From Octopus bimaculoides (lineage: Eukaryota), in the NCBI RefSeq assembly GCF_001194135.2, contig NC_068981.1:40753884-40817883 (forward strand): a DNA stretch of 64,000 nucleotides. The letters run 5' to 3'. The first letter of the stretch is position 1; every line of letters begins with the position of its first letter. This document shows positions 63,529-64,000 of the stretch, in pieces. Below the pieces are notes generated by a model that did no database searches, was not told where the DNA came from, and saw nothing but the letters and a program-made list of their open reading frames with translations. The position numbers and the translations under genes are program-made.

Positions 63529-63742
63529 CAACAACAACAACAACAATAATAATAATAATAATGATAATTAACTGCTTTATGTATTTACAGGTTGATAAAA
63601 ATGCCTTACTTAAACGTTATAAGCAAGGTTGGTTATTGAAGATTGCTGCCAATTTAGATCATTGTGTTGATTTGATTCGAACTGGTCGAAAAGAGAAAAA
63701 GCCAACAAGTATTGGTTACCATGGAAATGTTGTGGATTTATG
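50018..63742 (+). CDS. UROC1: Urocanate hydratase (urocanase), coding exons 1-9; gene continues beyond the window
   Basis: join(50018-50146,52363-52493,53768-53921,54390-54518,56879-56940,57920-57986,60046-60102,62576-62662,63591-63742), GT-AG and in phase. Motifs VPHAPVRTP, GHIYMYRF, AQFPHELVTYGGNGQVFSNW, MYGQMTAGSYCYIGPQGIVHGT, NAD-binding VTSGLGGMSGAQAKAA, GYHGNVVDLW. Confidence 0.97.
50733..50780 (+). ncRNA. Degenerate minimal type-I hammerhead motif
   Basis: gcct-CCGATGA-aGGGAT..ATCCTg-GAAAC-AGCT-GTA-atac; core U4 is C and helix I is mismatched. Confidence 0.5.
51790..52040 (-). mobile_element. RTE LINE C-terminal fragment
   Basis: LSKTILQDTVEGRQKRGRQRKFWFDNIKDWTG. Confidence 0.8.
52363..52493 (+). 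CDS. UROC1: UROC1 exon 2 (LALQNALRYFP...GHIYMYRFRPILNM)
   Basis: tactag/gtaatc. Confidence 0.96.
53768..53921 (+). CDS. UROC1: UROC1 exon 3 (AYPIREYP...VTYGGNGQVFSNWVQ)
   Basis: atgaag/gtgagt. Confidence 0.96.
54390..54518 (+). CDS. UROC1: UROC1 exon 4 (FLLVMYYL...YSGHPMGLFPS...TNGM)
   Basis: ttgtag/gtaaga. Confidence 0.96.
55821..55861 (-). ncRNA. Minimal hammerhead-ribozyme core, Penelope-type, probably inactive copy
   Basis: CTGATGA-A-GGCTG-gagggtatag-CAGCC-GAAAC-attgtgtt on the - strand. Confidence 0.6.
56879..56940 (+). CDS. UROC1: UROC1 exon 5 (MIPNYSSKEIYDKLFALGVT)
   Basis: tattag/gtgagt. Confidence 0.95.
57920..57986 (+). CDS. UROC1: UROC1 exon 6 (YGQMTAGSYCYIGPQGIVHGTT)
   Basis: tccaag/gtaagt. 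Confidence 0.97.
58043..58777. mobile_element. 735-bp MITE-like element with perfect 26-bp terminal inverted repeats
   Basis: GATCTAGTTGGTTTGGCTGCCAGCAT (58043-68) / ATGCTGGCAGCCAAACCAACTAGATC (58752-77). Confidence 0.8.
59051..59114. repeat. Perfect 30-bp inverted repeat with 4-nt loop
   Basis: CAAGAGTGTTTGTCCCTATTTCTGACTATA-tctt-TATAGTCAGAAATAGGGACAAACACTCTTG. Confidence 0.95.
60046..60102 (+). CDS. UROC1: UROC1 exon 7 (LTLLNAARMYLKTDDLSGK)
   Basis: ttttag/gtaaga. Confidence 0.95.
60119..60318. mobile_element. Tigger/pogo-like MITE
   Basis: CAGTATTCCCTC.. / ..GAGAGATTACTG ends flanked by TA on both sides. Confidence 0.7.
61620..61900 (+). mobile_element. Gypsy/Ty3 integrase C-terminal remnant
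   Basis: THIFVHNDAAKPPLTAPYAGP..FLS.TD.FFTVDLNG.KDTISVD...AFIE. Confidence 0.7.
62058..62456 (+). mobile_element. R4/Dong-like 3' end with (AAT)n tail
   Basis: EKMWHLKETTVPVIVGSLGMIKK..EVQKIVLTG.THVLRRAL*, then UTR and (AAT)n. Confidence 0.8.
62576..62662 (+). CDS. UROC1: UROC1 exon 8 (VFVTSGLGGMSGAQAKAAVIAGCVGVVAE)
   Basis: caacag/gtgggt. Confidence 0.97.
63150..63565 (+). mobile_element. R4/Dong-like REL domain 3' end with (AAT)n(AAC)n tail
   Basis: LLIDMTVPTDRNIS.K.F.KLSKYKDLEIEI.R.W.LK..QKI.LT.TAHIL; the tail abuts the UROC1 exon 9 acceptor. Confidence 0.85.
63591..63742 (+). CDS. UROC1: UROC1 exon 9 (VDKNALLKRYKQGWL...GYHGNVVDL)
   Basis: ttacag/gtaact. Confidence 0.96.
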
Positions 63743-64000
63743 GTAACTTTTATAAATATTTAAAGTGAAAAAAATATCACTTTGTTGAATTCACCTAAAA
63801 AACTGTTCATATTTCTTTAGATGTAATTTCAAATCAATAGCAAGGCATTATATGTTCTGAATTCCTATTGAGATTATTACAGAAGCTGGACTTAGTCGTC
63901 ATATTTCTTATTTGTCAATGTGGATTAAAAACAAACTTTATTGAGTATTTTGTGCATTATCAAGGTCAGGTGCAAGTTAACAGTTAATGGAAGATTTATT

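Overview
AT-rich, microsatellite-laden animal genomic DNA with six assembly gaps. The repeat landscape looks like a coleoid cephalopod (Octopus-like); this is an inference, as no database was consulted. Two + strand multi-exon genes were reconstructed by hand. EXOC5/Sec10 is complete (19 coding exons, 12165-42391, 2142 nt = 713 aa + stop, all GT-AG, phases consistent). UROC1/urocanate hydratase is present as its 5' part (9 coding exons, 50018-63742, continuing past the window). Near the start lies a candidate TOM6-like microprotein gene that the ORF track misses, with apparent 3'-UTR exons. Introns and intergenic DNA hold decayed mariner, hAT, RTE, R4/Dong-like, CRE-like, HERO-like and Gypsy fragments, several SINE families, MITEs and Penelope-type hammerhead-ribozyme motifs. 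Best leads: the microprotein gene and a possible link to EXOC5, the hammerhead motifs, a perfect 30-bp hairpin, and candidate A-to-I or circRNA substrates. Protein comparisons to human or fly sequences are from memory and need alignment.
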